From an archaeon GW2011_AR15 (lineage in GTDB: Archaea; Nanobdellota; Nanobdellia; Woesearchaeales; GW2011-AR15), in the NCBI GenBank assembly GCA_000830295.1, contig CP010425.1, positions 806,884 through 870,883 of the forward strand: a stretch of DNA of 64,000 bases, read 5' to 3'. The position numbers were made by a program, and so were the translations under genes. Position 1 is the first letter of the stretch. Every line of letters begins with the position of its first letter. Shown piece after piece: positions 37,883 to 48,084 of the stretch. The notes beneath the pieces are model-generated. The model was given only the letters and a program-made list of their open reading frames with translations. It was not told where the DNA came from and searched no databases.

Positions 37883-39016
37883 ATGAGTCTGGCAAATATT
37901 GTCAATAAAACGCTCTTGCTTGGAGTAGGGTTATCATTACTAGTGAATGCAGCATGTTCGCCTGTTCAGGCACAGAATAACCCAAGCGCTACAGAGACAA
38001 GACCTGCAGTCACAGCCACATACACTCCAACAGCTATCCCTACAAACACAGCTACAGCCACGCCTGAGCCAATTTATCAGGAAGTACAGGGCGTTAGGGT
38101 GCCTACAAATGTAACTATAGAAGAAGGTATTCCAATGATGATACAGGGAGAAGAGAAATTAATCAATTATTTCTGGTATGGGGAAGCAGGACAGAATTTT
38201 TCAAGAGACTTAGAGCTAAGCGGAAATGTGTATGTTATTGGAGATGTCAATGCGCAGAATGTAACTTGTGTGAATAGCCCACAGGTTTATGTTGATGCTA
38301 ATCATGATGTACAGGACCTCTATGCGCATTATGGAGAAGCACACCAAAGGTCAGGAATAAACAATGAATACGAAATCTTAGAAGGAGTTCATAGAGGAGA
38401 ACCTTTTTATGATGAAGAAAACAAAATATCTATGACTTTTAATGGGTTTCTTGATTGTATAGGGATTAACCAAGAATATCCAGTTTTACTAACATCAGAT
38501 GCAGCTGAGCCTACAAGATGGGACTGGAACTTTTTTCAATATAAAGGGATAATACAAAATGCGATTATTGAGTATGGCAGATCTGTTGAACCAGGAGATA
38601 ACACCGAAATAAGTTATAGTATAATTAGACACATGGGCGGAGGATCTATAGTTACATGGCATAATAAAAATGTTGTTATTAAGAATAACACACTCTACGA
38701 TACTAACCATGAGCTAATAGATATCCATCATTCAGATGTAGAGATTATAGAAAACGATATAGGGCCAGCAGTTAATGGCACTATAATGCGACCAGGCATA
38801 ATTTTAGATTTAGAAGAAGACGGATTTGTTACAATCTATGGGAATAAGATACATGATAATGGAATAGGGATATTTTTTCTCAGTCAACCTAGAGAGGTCC
38901 CAGACATTAGTGGAAATACTTTTTATAATAATTTAACTGATTTAGAGTATGAAGAGAATGGAATTATCCTTAATGAATTTTTAGAGGAGTGGATTACATC
39001 AAACTATTTTGAATAG
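37883..39016 (+). CDS. Secreted Thr/Pro-linker surface protein with a predicted right-handed beta-helix C-domain
   Basis: Signal peptide with a lipobox-like ...LLVNAACS. TATYTPTAIPTNTATATPEP linker. Repetitive N/G/I-rich segments. N-terminal ~150 aa nearly identical to the 59734-60891 product. Confidence 0.55.
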   Translation: MSLANIVNKTLLLGVGLSLLVNAACSPVQAQNNPSATETRPAVTATYTPTAIPTNTATATPEPIYQEVQGVRVPTNVTIEEGIPMMIQGEEKLINYFWYGEAGQNFSRDLELSGNVYVIGDVNAQNVTCVNSPQVYVDANHDVQDLYAHYGEAHQRSGINNEYEILEGVHRGEPFYDEENKISMTFNGFLDCIGINQEYPVLLTSDAAEPTRWDWNFFQYKGIIQNAIIEYGRSVEPGDNTEISYSIIRHMGGGSIVTWHNKNVVIKNNTLYDTNHELIDIHHSDVEIIENDIGPAVNGTIMRPGIILDLEEDGFVTIYGNKIHDNGIGIFFLSQPREVPDISGNTFYNNLTDLEYEENGIILNEFLEEWITSNYFE

Positions 39017-39038
39017 AAACTTAGTAAATCTTCTGATA

Positions 39039-40499
39039 TTATTTGTATAAATAATTCATTGCATGCCTCAACGTATACCCCAACCCATGCTCCCTCAAAC
39101 AATCAAAGAACAGTTTAACAGGCGTTTTATTCTTGTATCTCTGCTGCTTAATCTTGTGGTCATGCCATCTGCTATAGGCGTATCTCTGCGCTCTGGTTAA
39201 ATCCTCAGAACTCAGTGTTTCAGTCCTTATGACGCTCATTGTGTTGCCGTCATAGTTTGAGAAATTTTCATTCACGATCATTCCCTGCTTTTTGAGCATA
39301 TCATAAAACTTAGTGCCGGGGAAAGGTGTCATTATAGAGAACTGGACTGATTCAGGGTCAATGAAAAGAGCATAATTAACAGTCTGGTTAATTGTTTCTC
39401 TTGTTTCTCCTGGTAGGCCAAGAGTAAATGTGAGGTGCATCTTTATTCCCAGCTTTTTTGTAAGCTGCATGTTCCTTGTAGCAACTTTTAGATTAAGATT
39501 CTTTTCAGCAGCATCCACAATCTCCTGAACACCGGATTCAACTCCATATTTGACAGCAGCCAACCCTACTTCTTTTAATCTTACAAGAATTTCTTCATCT
39601 ACTATATCTGAGCGGCCCATGAATGCCCATGGAGTGTTCCAGTTCCTTTTCTTCAGCTCATCAGCGAGCTCAAGCATTCTTTTTTTCCCAATATTAAAGG
39701 TATCGTCGTCAAAATAGACTGATTTAAAGCCAAGCTTTTTGACACAATATTCCATTTCGTCTACAACTTCTTTTACATTCCTTGCCCTGTAATTCCTGCC
39801 GCTGTAGACAAGCTGAGGCCAGACGCAGAAAGTGCAAAGATAAGGGCATCCCCTTGTAGCTATCATCTGGACGCTTGGGAAAGGTATGCCACCTGGACAG
39901 TCATGGTATTTGTAAATTGGGAAGTCAACCCTGTCAGGCCATGGATATTCTTCTAATGGCTTTCTTTCTGTTCTTCTTTCATTCACGACAATTTTATTCT
40001 TATTCCTGAAAACCAGGCCAGGTATCTTATTAAGGGGTTTTTTGTTTTCCAGGTTCTGGACCAGTTCAAGCAGAGTAAACTCATATTCTCCTACAAGGGC
40101 AAAATCAATATTAGGGTTTTCTTCCATGAATTTTTCATTAAAGATATCCATATCAGGGCCGGCAATCGCAATCTTGCACACGGAAAAAGCTTTTATCTGC
40201 TCTATCAGCTCTAAATCATGCTTTAGGGAGGGAGTTGAAACCTCAACAAACAGCACATCAGGGTCAAATATCTTTAATTGCCTGAAAAATTCAGCATAAC
40301 TCATATTATCTGCAATTGCATCAATGGCTTTTACATTAACATTGTGTTTTTTTAATAAAGAAGTTGAATAGGCCAGGAAAAAAGGAAAAGGAAGATATCC
40401 TTCTTCTTCAGTTATCTTTAGATGGGGCCACCTGCTGCCTGCCCTGACACCCTGTCTACCCCCCACAGTCCATGGCATATTTGCCAGTAGGATTTTCAT
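39039..40499 (-). CDS. Cobalamin-binding (class B) radical SAM protein
   Basis: ATRGCPYLCTFCVWPQLVYSGRNYRAR. N-terminal MKILLANMPW...GSRWPHL class-B signature. Confidence 0.75.
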   Translation of the reverse strand: MKILLANMPWTVGGRQGVRAGSRWPHLKITEEEGYLPFPFFLAYSTSLLKKHNVNVKAIDAIADNMSYAEFFRQLKIFDPDVLFVEVSTPSLKHDLELIEQIKAFSVCKIAIAGPDMDIFNEKFMEENPNIDFALVGEYEFTLLELVQNLENKKPLNKIPGLVFRNKNKIVVNERRTERKPLEEYPWPDRVDFPIYKYHDCPGGIPFPSVQMIATRGCPYLCTFCVWPQLVYSGRNYRARNVKEVVDEMEYCVKKLGFKSVYFDDDTFNIGKKRMLELADELKKRNWNTPWAFMGRSDIVDEEILVRLKEVGLAAVKYGVESGVQEIVDAAEKNLNLKVATRNMQLTKKLGIKMHLTFTLGLPGETRETINQTVNYALFIDPESVQFSIMTPFPGTKFYDMLKKQGMIVNENFSNYDGNTMSVIRTETLSSEDLTRAQRYAYSRWHDHKIKQQRYKNKTPVKLFFDCLREHGLGYTLRHAMNYLYK

Positions 40500-40523
40500 A
40501 GAGGTAGTGAAAGAGAGAGAGTT

Positions 40524-41549
40524 TTAAATATGTTTCTGAATTATTTCTATTAATCTAGTTAATGGCTTCTTCCCAAGCTCTTTTTTTCTTTCCTGAACAT
40601 CATACAGACAGTTTACTAAGAAATGACAATTTTCTTTGCATGTGCTTGCTTTTTTTCTTGCATGAGAAAAATCTCCGTAATAGATCTCCATTGGACTATC
40701 TCTTATTATGTTCCCGGCAGGCATTTCTTTTATGCATCCATGAACGTCTCCTGTGTAAGAAACAGCAAAATTGTTGGTGCCAGCAGGGCATTTTATCTCC
40801 AAATCTGCTTCAGGATTGAGAAAATACTGTATATATTTATCAAATTGGGATGCAGGGTTGGATATTTTGGCACCCTCCAATTTTCTCCTTTTCAGATACT
40901 TCATAACCTGTATTATAACTTCCCTGTCTTTCGGCCATAATGGATCATTTTTCCACCATTGTTTGCCCCCATTATGAGTTAACACTTGATTGTATGCCTG
41001 GAAATGGATGTAATTAATTGGCAATTTTTCTGTTATCCACTCAACAAATTCAGGAATATCATATATGTTATCTTCTAAAATGATTGCTGAAATACCTATA
41101 CTTAATTCTGGTTTTAACTCTTTTAAGTAATTTATGGCTTTCACACATTTCTCGAATAAATCAGGTATACCTCTCATCCTATTATGTTTCTCAGCAAAAC
41201 TGTCTATAGAAAAATCAATATGGCTTATTCCTGCTTCTATAAGTCTCTCACAGTTCTTCTCTGAAAGCAAGCTTCCGTTTGTAACAATAGAAACAATAAT
41301 TCCAAGTTCTCTTATCCCCCTGATAACAGCATATAAATCTTTATACATGAACGGCTCTCCACCGCCGATACAGACATGCTCTACATCAGAAAATCTCTTA
41401 AGGTCTCTTGCGGTTCTGATCCAGTGCTCTGCAGGAAGTATTTTCTCATTATAAATCGGGTTTTCCCATATCTTACAGAAATCGCATCTGGCGTTACAAA
41501 CACCATTAATCTGGAAATCAACCCTTATTTTCGGTCTTTTTCTATCCAT
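40524..41549 (-). CDS. Radical SAM protein
   Basis: RVDFQINGVCNARCDFCKIWENP CxxxCxxC, CIGGGEPFMY. C-terminal Cys pairs (CPAGTNN...HGC, CKENCHFLVNC) suggest an auxiliary cluster. Confidence 0.65.
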   Translation of the reverse strand: MDRKRPKIRVDFQINGVCNARCDFCKIWENPIYNEKILPAEHWIRTARDLKRFSDVEHVCIGGGEPFMYKDLYAVIRGIRELGIIVSIVTNGSLLSEKNCERLIEAGISHIDFSIDSFAEKHNRMRGIPDLFEKCVKAINYLKELKPELSIGISAIILEDNIYDIPEFVEWITEKLPINYIHFQAYNQVLTHNGGKQWWKNDPLWPKDREVIIQVMKYLKRRKLEGAKISNPASQFDKYIQYFLNPEADLEIKCPAGTNNFAVSYTGDVHGCIKEMPAGNIIRDSPMEIYYGDFSHARKKASTCKENCHFLVNCLYDVQERKKELGKKPLTRLIEIIQKHI

Positions 41550-43247
41550 CTACCGCTCCACAAACCTCAGCAAGTCATAATTTAGTGCAGCATCTACCAT
41601 CATTGTGTTCTGGTCATGATTGTCACAGGAATCGCAATAATCGTCATATAACAATCTGCCATATAATGTGAGGGGGTTCTCTTTATGCATAATTAACCCG
41701 TCATTCCTGTATCTGGTATATGCATCTGAAAGCCAGACATCTTTCAGGCCAGAGCCGTCTTTCTCCAGCAGCCCAATCATCCTTGCACCGCAGCACATGA
41801 AAACCTCTCTTCTTAGTGATACATAAGTAAAGCACCAGCCGACATAGCACCCCTGGCTCAATAACCCTTTGTTTCCCCAGCTTCCGGAATTCTTATCATA
41901 ATGTTTTATCTCAAATTCAATGAAGGAGTGGAACTCAATCCCTATCTCTTTGCACACTTCTCTGGCCTTTTCGAGCTCTTTCTTCACAAAATCCATATCA
42001 CTTTTTTTCATATATAGCTTGTCCACGCTGAAATTCTCCAAATGGACAAGCTGATACCATATCTTGTCAGCTCCGATTTTCTTTGCATGATAGGCCATGT
42101 CAACGATTTCTGTAAAATTATACTGATTTATCACATAAAGTGCCTGTATAAACGGATGTCTTACATTATGATCTTTTTTTAACTGCGATAACTCTAAGAT
42201 ATTGTCCTCTATTTTCTTCATTAGCTTAAGTGGGGAATTTGGCCTTACAAGTTTCCATGATTTTTCAGATGCATAAGACAAAGAAACATTTATTGATTGA
42301 CAATTGCCATATTCCACAATCTGTTTTTTGTATAGATGAAGCATTGATCCGTTCGTCACCAAATCTAAGTTTAACCCCAAATCCTTTGTAATCTTTAATA
42401 TCTCACCAAACTGAGGATGCATTGTCGGTTCTGCTCCTCCAACAAGAAAAACATTTTCGGCGCCAAGCTCTTTTGCCTCTTTTAATGAATTCTCCACAAT
42501 TTCTATATCCAGCATCCCAAATAGCTCCGAGTGCTGGTCATCCCAGTATTTTTTATTCCATGGAGAGAATTTTCTGCAATAGACGCAGTCAAGGTTGCAC
42601 TTTCCGCTTAAATCCAGAAGAATATTTTCCGGCCCGCTAAAAACGTCTTTGACAACAGGACCTAATGTTCGCAGGAATGCGCCCATATTAAACCCTGTAC
42701 TTCTGGAGTTATTTTCTATGACTGAAAGCAGCTCGTCTAGCTGGCTGTCTATAATCCTGAATTCTATGCCCTGCTTTAGACAGGCCCTGCTTAAATTACT
42801 TAGATAGGCATAAAACCGGGATTTTATATCCACTAATGGGAGAATGTTAAATTTAGGGATGTCTGCATTTTCTCCTTTAATTTCCATAACCAGCCCTATT
42901 ATCCTATAAAGCCTGTGAAAGTTTGTTCTCCTTATTCCGATTATAATATGGTGCTCCTGATTCTTTGAGACGGCTTCTTTTAATTTATCTACTTGTTTGA
43001 AAAAATCATTTTCATCCAGATCAACACCCCATCTGTGGTTTTCTGATGTGTCGCCGCACAAGTAGATTAAAGGTATGTTTTTTGAACTTGGCAGAGGAAA
43101 CTTTCTATCCTCTATATTTTCATATTTTCCTATCACATCAAGCTTTTCAGAATATTTTATGATATCCGGATAGGTAGGTATTCCTTTTTTTGCAATCTCC
43201 CTGACTTCCGGAGGTATTATAATCTTACCCGAACCATAGATTCCCAT
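41550..43247 (-). CDS. Radical SAM/SPASM-like protein with a ~200-aa N-terminal extra domain
   Basis: LLDLSGKCNLDCVYCRKFSPWN (same CxxxCxxC-x-x-SP signature as the paralog family). C-terminal QGCYVGWCF...FMCCGARMIG. Stop abuts the start of the next radical SAM gene. Confidence 0.65.
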   Translation of the reverse strand: MGIYGSGKIIIPPEVREIAKKGIPTYPDIIKYSEKLDVIGKYENIEDRKFPLPSSKNIPLIYLCGDTSENHRWGVDLDENDFFKQVDKLKEAVSKNQEHHIIIGIRRTNFHRLYRIIGLVMEIKGENADIPKFNILPLVDIKSRFYAYLSNLSRACLKQGIEFRIIDSQLDELLSVIENNSRSTGFNMGAFLRTLGPVVKDVFSGPENILLDLSGKCNLDCVYCRKFSPWNKKYWDDQHSELFGMLDIEIVENSLKEAKELGAENVFLVGGAEPTMHPQFGEILKITKDLGLNLDLVTNGSMLHLYKKQIVEYGNCQSINVSLSYASEKSWKLVRPNSPLKLMKKIEDNILELSQLKKDHNVRHPFIQALYVINQYNFTEIVDMAYHAKKIGADKIWYQLVHLENFSVDKLYMKKSDMDFVKKELEKAREVCKEIGIEFHSFIEFEIKHYDKNSGSWGNKGLLSQGCYVGWCFTYVSLRREVFMCCGARMIGLLEKDGSGLKDVWLSDAYTRYRNDGLIMHKENPLTLYGRLLYDDYCDSCDNHDQNTMMVDAALNYDLLRFVER

Positions 43248-43272
43248 AGAAATAGAATAATATTCTGAGTTT

Positions 43273-44436
43273 TTATATATGTTTCTGTGATAAATCTCTC
43301 TTATACAATTTTAACAGCCTGTCAGCAACAATCTCCCACCTGAACATCCTCTCGGCCCTTTCTCTTGCCTTTTTCTCCAGTTTTTTCCTTAAGGCTTTGT
43401 TTTTCAATAGTTTCATTACCTTATCAGCCATTTCTTGATAGTTTCCTGGTTCATACAACAATCCTGCATCTCCAAGCATCCAGGGAATTTCTCCGACATT
43501 GCTTGCTACAATGGCCTTTCCGGATGCCATGTACTCAGCTATCTTTAAAGGGGATTTGCATCTCTGCTGCTTTGTATCGGCAAAACTGCCGACAACAACA
43601 TCTGCAGCAGCAAGATATTCATTAACTTCTTTTCCAACTGCAAATCCGGTAAAAATGATCTCTTTCTGCAAGCCCATTTTCATTACAATCATGTTAAGCC
43701 TTGGAAGGTCCTGCCCGCCTCCGACAATCATAAATTTCGCTTTTGGCATTTTTTTTAGTATTAATCTGGCAGAGCGTATAAACTGCTGGGCATACTGGGC
43801 GCCGTGAAGCTGCCCAAGATACAGCACAACAGGGTTTTTCTCAATTTTGTATTTTTTCCTTACATAAGCGCCGGGGTATTTTGGGCTGAACCTGTCCAGA
43901 TCAGCGCATACATTTGCCTTTACAATCCTGCTTTCAGGAAAGCCCATCTCTAAAACCATGCTTCTCAGCTCTTCGCTCGCTACAGACACAGAATCAACAA
44001 GCTTAGGCAGTAGCTTTTCCATCACATTAAGGTACCATCCGTAGATTCTTGAAGGCGGTGAGAACATGTATATGCCGTATTCCCAGTCATCCCAGTCATA
44101 GTGCACAGGCTTATTATTAACATAAGCAGAGAATATCGCAGGAATTGAGGCAATTGAAAAGCATTTCTGGAAATGAATCACATCGGCCCATTTCCCGAAT
44201 TCAGCCATTTTTTTCATATTTGAGAACAAATACCATTTGCTCCTGTTAAAAGGAATTGTTTCATATTCTGTTATTTTTTCCTTTAGTTTCCCTCTCTCTT
44301 TTCCAGAAAGTGGGAAATATACAAGCTTTACCCTATGGCCTTTTTTGACAAATTCATGGGCAATGGAAGTTATTCTTATTGTCCATGGCTCTGAGGCAGA
44401 GTAGATGTCGTGCGGGTGGATTATTAAAATATTCAT
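43273..44436 (-). CDS. GT4-family glycosyltransferase
   Basis: GT-B with C-terminal group-1 signature (...KSPLKIAEYMASGKAIVASNVGEIPWMLGDAGLLYEPGN...). Confidence 0.7.
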   Translation of the reverse strand: MNILIIHPHDIYSASEPWTIRITSIAHEFVKKGHRVKLVYFPLSGKERGKLKEKITEYETIPFNRSKWYLFSNMKKMAEFGKWADVIHFQKCFSIASIPAIFSAYVNNKPVHYDWDDWEYGIYMFSPPSRIYGWYLNVMEKLLPKLVDSVSVASEELRSMVLEMGFPESRIVKANVCADLDRFSPKYPGAYVRKKYKIEKNPVVLYLGQLHGAQYAQQFIRSARLILKKMPKAKFMIVGGGQDLPRLNMIVMKMGLQKEIIFTGFAVGKEVNEYLAAADVVVGSFADTKQQRCKSPLKIAEYMASGKAIVASNVGEIPWMLGDAGLLYEPGNYQEMADKVMKLLKNKALRKKLEKKARERAERMFRWEIVADRLLKLYKRDLSQKHI

Positions 44437-44476
44437 TTTATTTTTTAAGAATAACTATGGCTATATTTAAATATAG

Positions 44477-46120
44477 TTATCGGACTATTTCACCAGAAAT
44501 AGTATTAAACATTTTCTTCTCCTCATTATCTAATATGTTGTACAATTGATTAACCAATTCATAGGAAGGTATCAATTCATCGGTTAGGAATGCTAGAAAA
44601 AATTTTTTTTTATCTTCAGAATTCAAAGTATTTAATATTTCCCTAATTTGAGCAGTATATGGCATCTGTTTACCTCCAATATCAAAACCCTTTATAATTC
44701 TTCTACTCATTCCACTGAGATAAGCTTCTTTAATAACTGTATCTTTATCTATTTCATTATAGAATTTCATAAAGATAGCGGGAGCCATCACATAGTTAAA
44801 CCCTGCCTCGAAGACATTTGCTTCCGTATAACTTCTTATTTCTCTGAAAACACCAGGATTATATCTGCCAAACTGTAATGTTGAAAAAAAACCAACACTC
44901 ATTATTAGCACACAAGCTATAAAAAGAGAGTAGGAAATTTTTTGTAATTTAGAACCAGCTATTAATTGTCCAATACATAAGCTTGTGATTAAAAATAATA
45001 AGGGATGGAAGAACAACAGATAATACCCATCATTAGGATCCATAGAGTTGAATTTTGGATTATCACCCGGCGGTGGATTCATAATATTGAAAACTAGGAA
45101 ACAAATAAAGAAATATAATAGAACTAACATGAAAAACTGTTTTCCCTTTTTCTTTTTATTATCAATTGTTCCAGATATCTTAATATCTTTAAAAGAACTG
45201 AAACCTAAAAAAATTAATGAAATAACTATAAAATAGAAGGTATAGGACAATAGTGGTGCCTTAATAATAAGAAAATCCAAAAAATGAAAGGATCGTGGAA
45301 GATACAAGACCAAGAATGAGATCATTCTTTCTGCAATTCCAGAGAAAAGAGTGCCAGTTACAAACTGCGGATTAAACAGATTATAGATTAGAGGATCGGA
45401 GAAAATACTTGGAAAACCATAGCTTATATTGTAAATTATCCAAGGCAGAAAACCAATTAAAAAAGAAATTGGCAGGATTATCAAATTTCTAAACTCAATA
45501 CTCCTTATATACATAAATACTAGTATAATAATGAGCAGAATAATTGATATGAACCCGTACTGCACCCATAGCCCAAGTCCAGAAACAAACCCAAGCAATA
45601 TAAAATTTTTCATATGCCTATCATTATCAATAAAAATTTTAGTTATGAGAGTCATGGCAAGCATAATAAACAAAACAAACACCATAGAGTTGCCAAGTAT
45701 CATAACACTTTTTTGAAGGAAATGTGGAGTTCCCAATATAAAGAAAATTGAAAATATAATAATTACAACTTCAGAAAAATACTTTTTTAATAGATTTAGA
45801 CATAAAAGAAAAACAATTAAAGAGTTAAATATTGCAGCCATTTTTAAAGCCAGAAGAGTATTTCCGAATATTAGATAGAAAGGTATTATCTCAATCTGTG
45901 CCAGCAAGTGTCCTCCTGAATGAGGCGAGTCAAGATATCCCCACATAGGCACTCTTAAACCCCTGTTAAACACAATATCATAACCTAGAGAAGAGGTTTT
46001 TACTTCTTCAGGGTTGTATATATAAGGACTATAAAATAAGAAGAGTAGTCTTGATATTATAAATAACACAATTAAAATTATCATTAGTTTGTTTCTGCTG
46101 ATATTTGAAAAATAATCCAT
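44477..46120 (-). CDS. Polytopic membrane protein (>=12 TM) with a C-terminal soluble domain, possible GT-C glycosyltransferase or polymerase
   Basis: 547 aa, almost entirely hydrophobic helices. No confident motif recognised. Confidence 0.45.
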   Translation of the reverse strand: MDYFSNISRNKLMIILIVLFIISRLLFLFYSPYIYNPEEVKTSSLGYDIVFNRGLRVPMWGYLDSPHSGGHLLAQIEIIPFYLIFGNTLLALKMAAIFNSLIVFLLCLNLLKKYFSEVVIIIFSIFFILGTPHFLQKSVMILGNSMVFVLFIMLAMTLITKIFIDNDRHMKNFILLGFVSGLGLWVQYGFISIILLIIILVFMYIRSIEFRNLIILPISFLIGFLPWIIYNISYGFPSIFSDPLIYNLFNPQFVTGTLFSGIAERMISFLVLYLPRSFHFLDFLIIKAPLLSYTFYFIVISLIFLGFSSFKDIKISGTIDNKKKKGKQFFMLVLLYFFICFLVFNIMNPPPGDNPKFNSMDPNDGYYLLFFHPLLFLITSLCIGQLIAGSKLQKISYSLFIACVLIMSVGFFSTLQFGRYNPGVFREIRSYTEANVFEAGFNYVMAPAIFMKFYNEIDKDTVIKEAYLSGMSRRIIKGFDIGGKQMPYTAQIREILNTLNSEDKKKFFLAFLTDELIPSYELVNQLYNILDNEEKKMFNTISGEIVR

Positions 46121-46233
46121 ATTTTATACTACTTTAGTTACCCCAGTTTAAATAAATTTTGTAATGAGAAGAGTTTATTAGTAAAGAATATAAATATAAA
46201 CTAAACATATGATAAATTTGTTGGGATACTGAA

Positions 46234-47910
46234 ATGAAGAATAAAAATACTAAAAGATATTATCTTAGCATCTGTGACAACCATGATACCGGGGCAGGAA
46301 TATTTTTTGAAACAGAACCTTTAAGTGTAATCTCAGAAGAACGTCTAAATAGGGAAAAGATCACCAGAAAATTCCCTAAAAAATCAATAAACCTAAACTT
46401 TGTATACACTAAACTAAACCCAGAGAAAATAGAGAGAATCATAATTGGATCAAGGAACACTCCAATATTTTTCCTGAGATTATTTAATAAATATCACGCA
46501 GAACAGCAAGCAGTTTCTTCTTTTGATATAAGACTATATCTGTACTTCTATTTTCAGATTTTATTAAACATAACCCCTCTTTCATACTTTGATTCTCAAT
46601 TGTCCGCTATACTCCTCAAAAGAAAATTTAGGAAAAAAATAACTATGGTTGACCATCATTTGTGCCATGCATATTCTGCATATTCCACAAGCGGATTTAG
46701 AGGCAAATCTCTTGTAATAACTGCTGATTCCGGGGGAGACGGATTATGCCTGACAGTTAGTATAGGAGAAAGAAGTAACCTAAAAAGGATTTACCAGGAA
46801 AGTGTATTATCCTCAATAAGCCAGTATTACAGATCCTTTACTGAAATACTTGGGTTTGTGCCTTCAAAAGACGAGGGTAAAGTTGTCGGGCTGGCTGCGT
46901 ACGGAAACCCAGACCTGTTGTTAGATTATATGAAGAAAAAATTATATTTTAATGGGATAGGATTTAATAAAAATCTCTTCCAGTATGCAGGTACCAGGGC
47001 AAAAATAGAGAAAGAGCTTAAAAAATACAAGAGAGAGGACATAGCCGCAGCTCTTCAAAAAAATTTAGAGGAGGAGGTTTGTAAATTTATTTCACATTGG
47101 ATTAAGAAAACAGGCATAGGCAATGTATATCTGGCAGGCGGATTATTTGCTAATGTGAAGCTTAATCAGAAGGTACATGAACTTGAAGAGGTAGAAAACA
47201 TATTCATTTTTCCGCATATGGGGGATGGAGGATTATGTATTGGGGCAGTAATGGCATACTTGCAGCCAAAACCCTCTAAAATAACAACGCTTTATCTTGG
47301 GCTAGAGTTTAGTGATGAGTATATGCTAAATATCTTTAAAAAACATAATCTCGATTTCAAGAGACTGAGAAACGCACCAGCAGAGATAGCAAAACTGCTT
47401 GCAAAAGGAAAAGTTGTTGCAAGATTCAAGGGAAGAATGGAGTTTGGACCAAGAGCATTGGGCAATAGAAGCATACTCTATAGGCCGGACGATGAAGATA
47501 CTATTAACTGGCTTAATAAAAGACTTAACAGAAGTAAGTTTATGCCATTTACTCCAACCATACTCGCTGAAGATGCGGACAAATGTTTTGTTAATCTGAG
47601 AGGTGCAGAATATATGGCCAAATATATGACTATAACATTCAATTGCACTGAATGGATGAAGAAAAGCTGTCCAGGAGTAGTTCATATTGATGGTACAGCC
47701 AGACCACAGGTTCTAGGCAGAGAAGATAATACAGAGTACTATGATATAATTTGGAAATTCAAAGAACTAACCGGACTTCCGTGTGTACTTAACACAAGCT
47801 TTAATATGCATGGAGAACCAATTGTATGCAGCCCAGAAGACGCAATAACCTCTTTCAGGAAATCAAAATTAGATTATTTATTATTGAATGACTTTTTAAT
47901 AAAAAACTAG
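46234..47910 (+). CDS. Carbamoyltransferase (NodU/CmcH family)
   Basis: DHHLCHAYSAYSTSGF metal-binding motif and C-terminal ...LNTSFNMHGEPIVCSPEDAI typical of NodU/CmcH carbamoyltransferases. 558 aa. Confidence 0.8.
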   Translation: MKNKNTKRYYLSICDNHDTGAGIFFETEPLSVISEERLNREKITRKFPKKSINLNFVYTKLNPEKIERIIIGSRNTPIFFLRLFNKYHAEQQAVSSFDIRLYLYFYFQILLNITPLSYFDSQLSAILLKRKFRKKITMVDHHLCHAYSAYSTSGFRGKSLVITADSGGDGLCLTVSIGERSNLKRIYQESVLSSISQYYRSFTEILGFVPSKDEGKVVGLAAYGNPDLLLDYMKKKLYFNGIGFNKNLFQYAGTRAKIEKELKKYKREDIAAALQKNLEEEVCKFISHWIKKTGIGNVYLAGGLFANVKLNQKVHELEEVENIFIFPHMGDGGLCIGAVMAYLQPKPSKITTLYLGLEFSDEYMLNIFKKHNLDFKRLRNAPAEIAKLLAKGKVVARFKGRMEFGPRALGNRSILYRPDDEDTINWLNKRLNRSKFMPFTPTILAEDADKCFVNLRGAEYMAKYMTITFNCTEWMKKSCPGVVHIDGTARPQVLGREDNTEYYDIIWKFKELTGLPCVLNTSFNMHGEPIVCSPEDAITSFRKSKLDYLLLNDFLIKN

Positions 47911-48084
47911 TTCTCAGGATCCCGGAAATATCTTATGCCTCTTTACCTTCTCCCAGGCAAGAAGAAACACATCAATAACAAGCGTTAAGCCTAATAGATA
48001 AATTAAGCCCAGCCATTTGAATATACTTTTCCTCATTTTTTGAGCAGAATAGAATTCAATATTTAAGTTTATCCTGATAAACAC

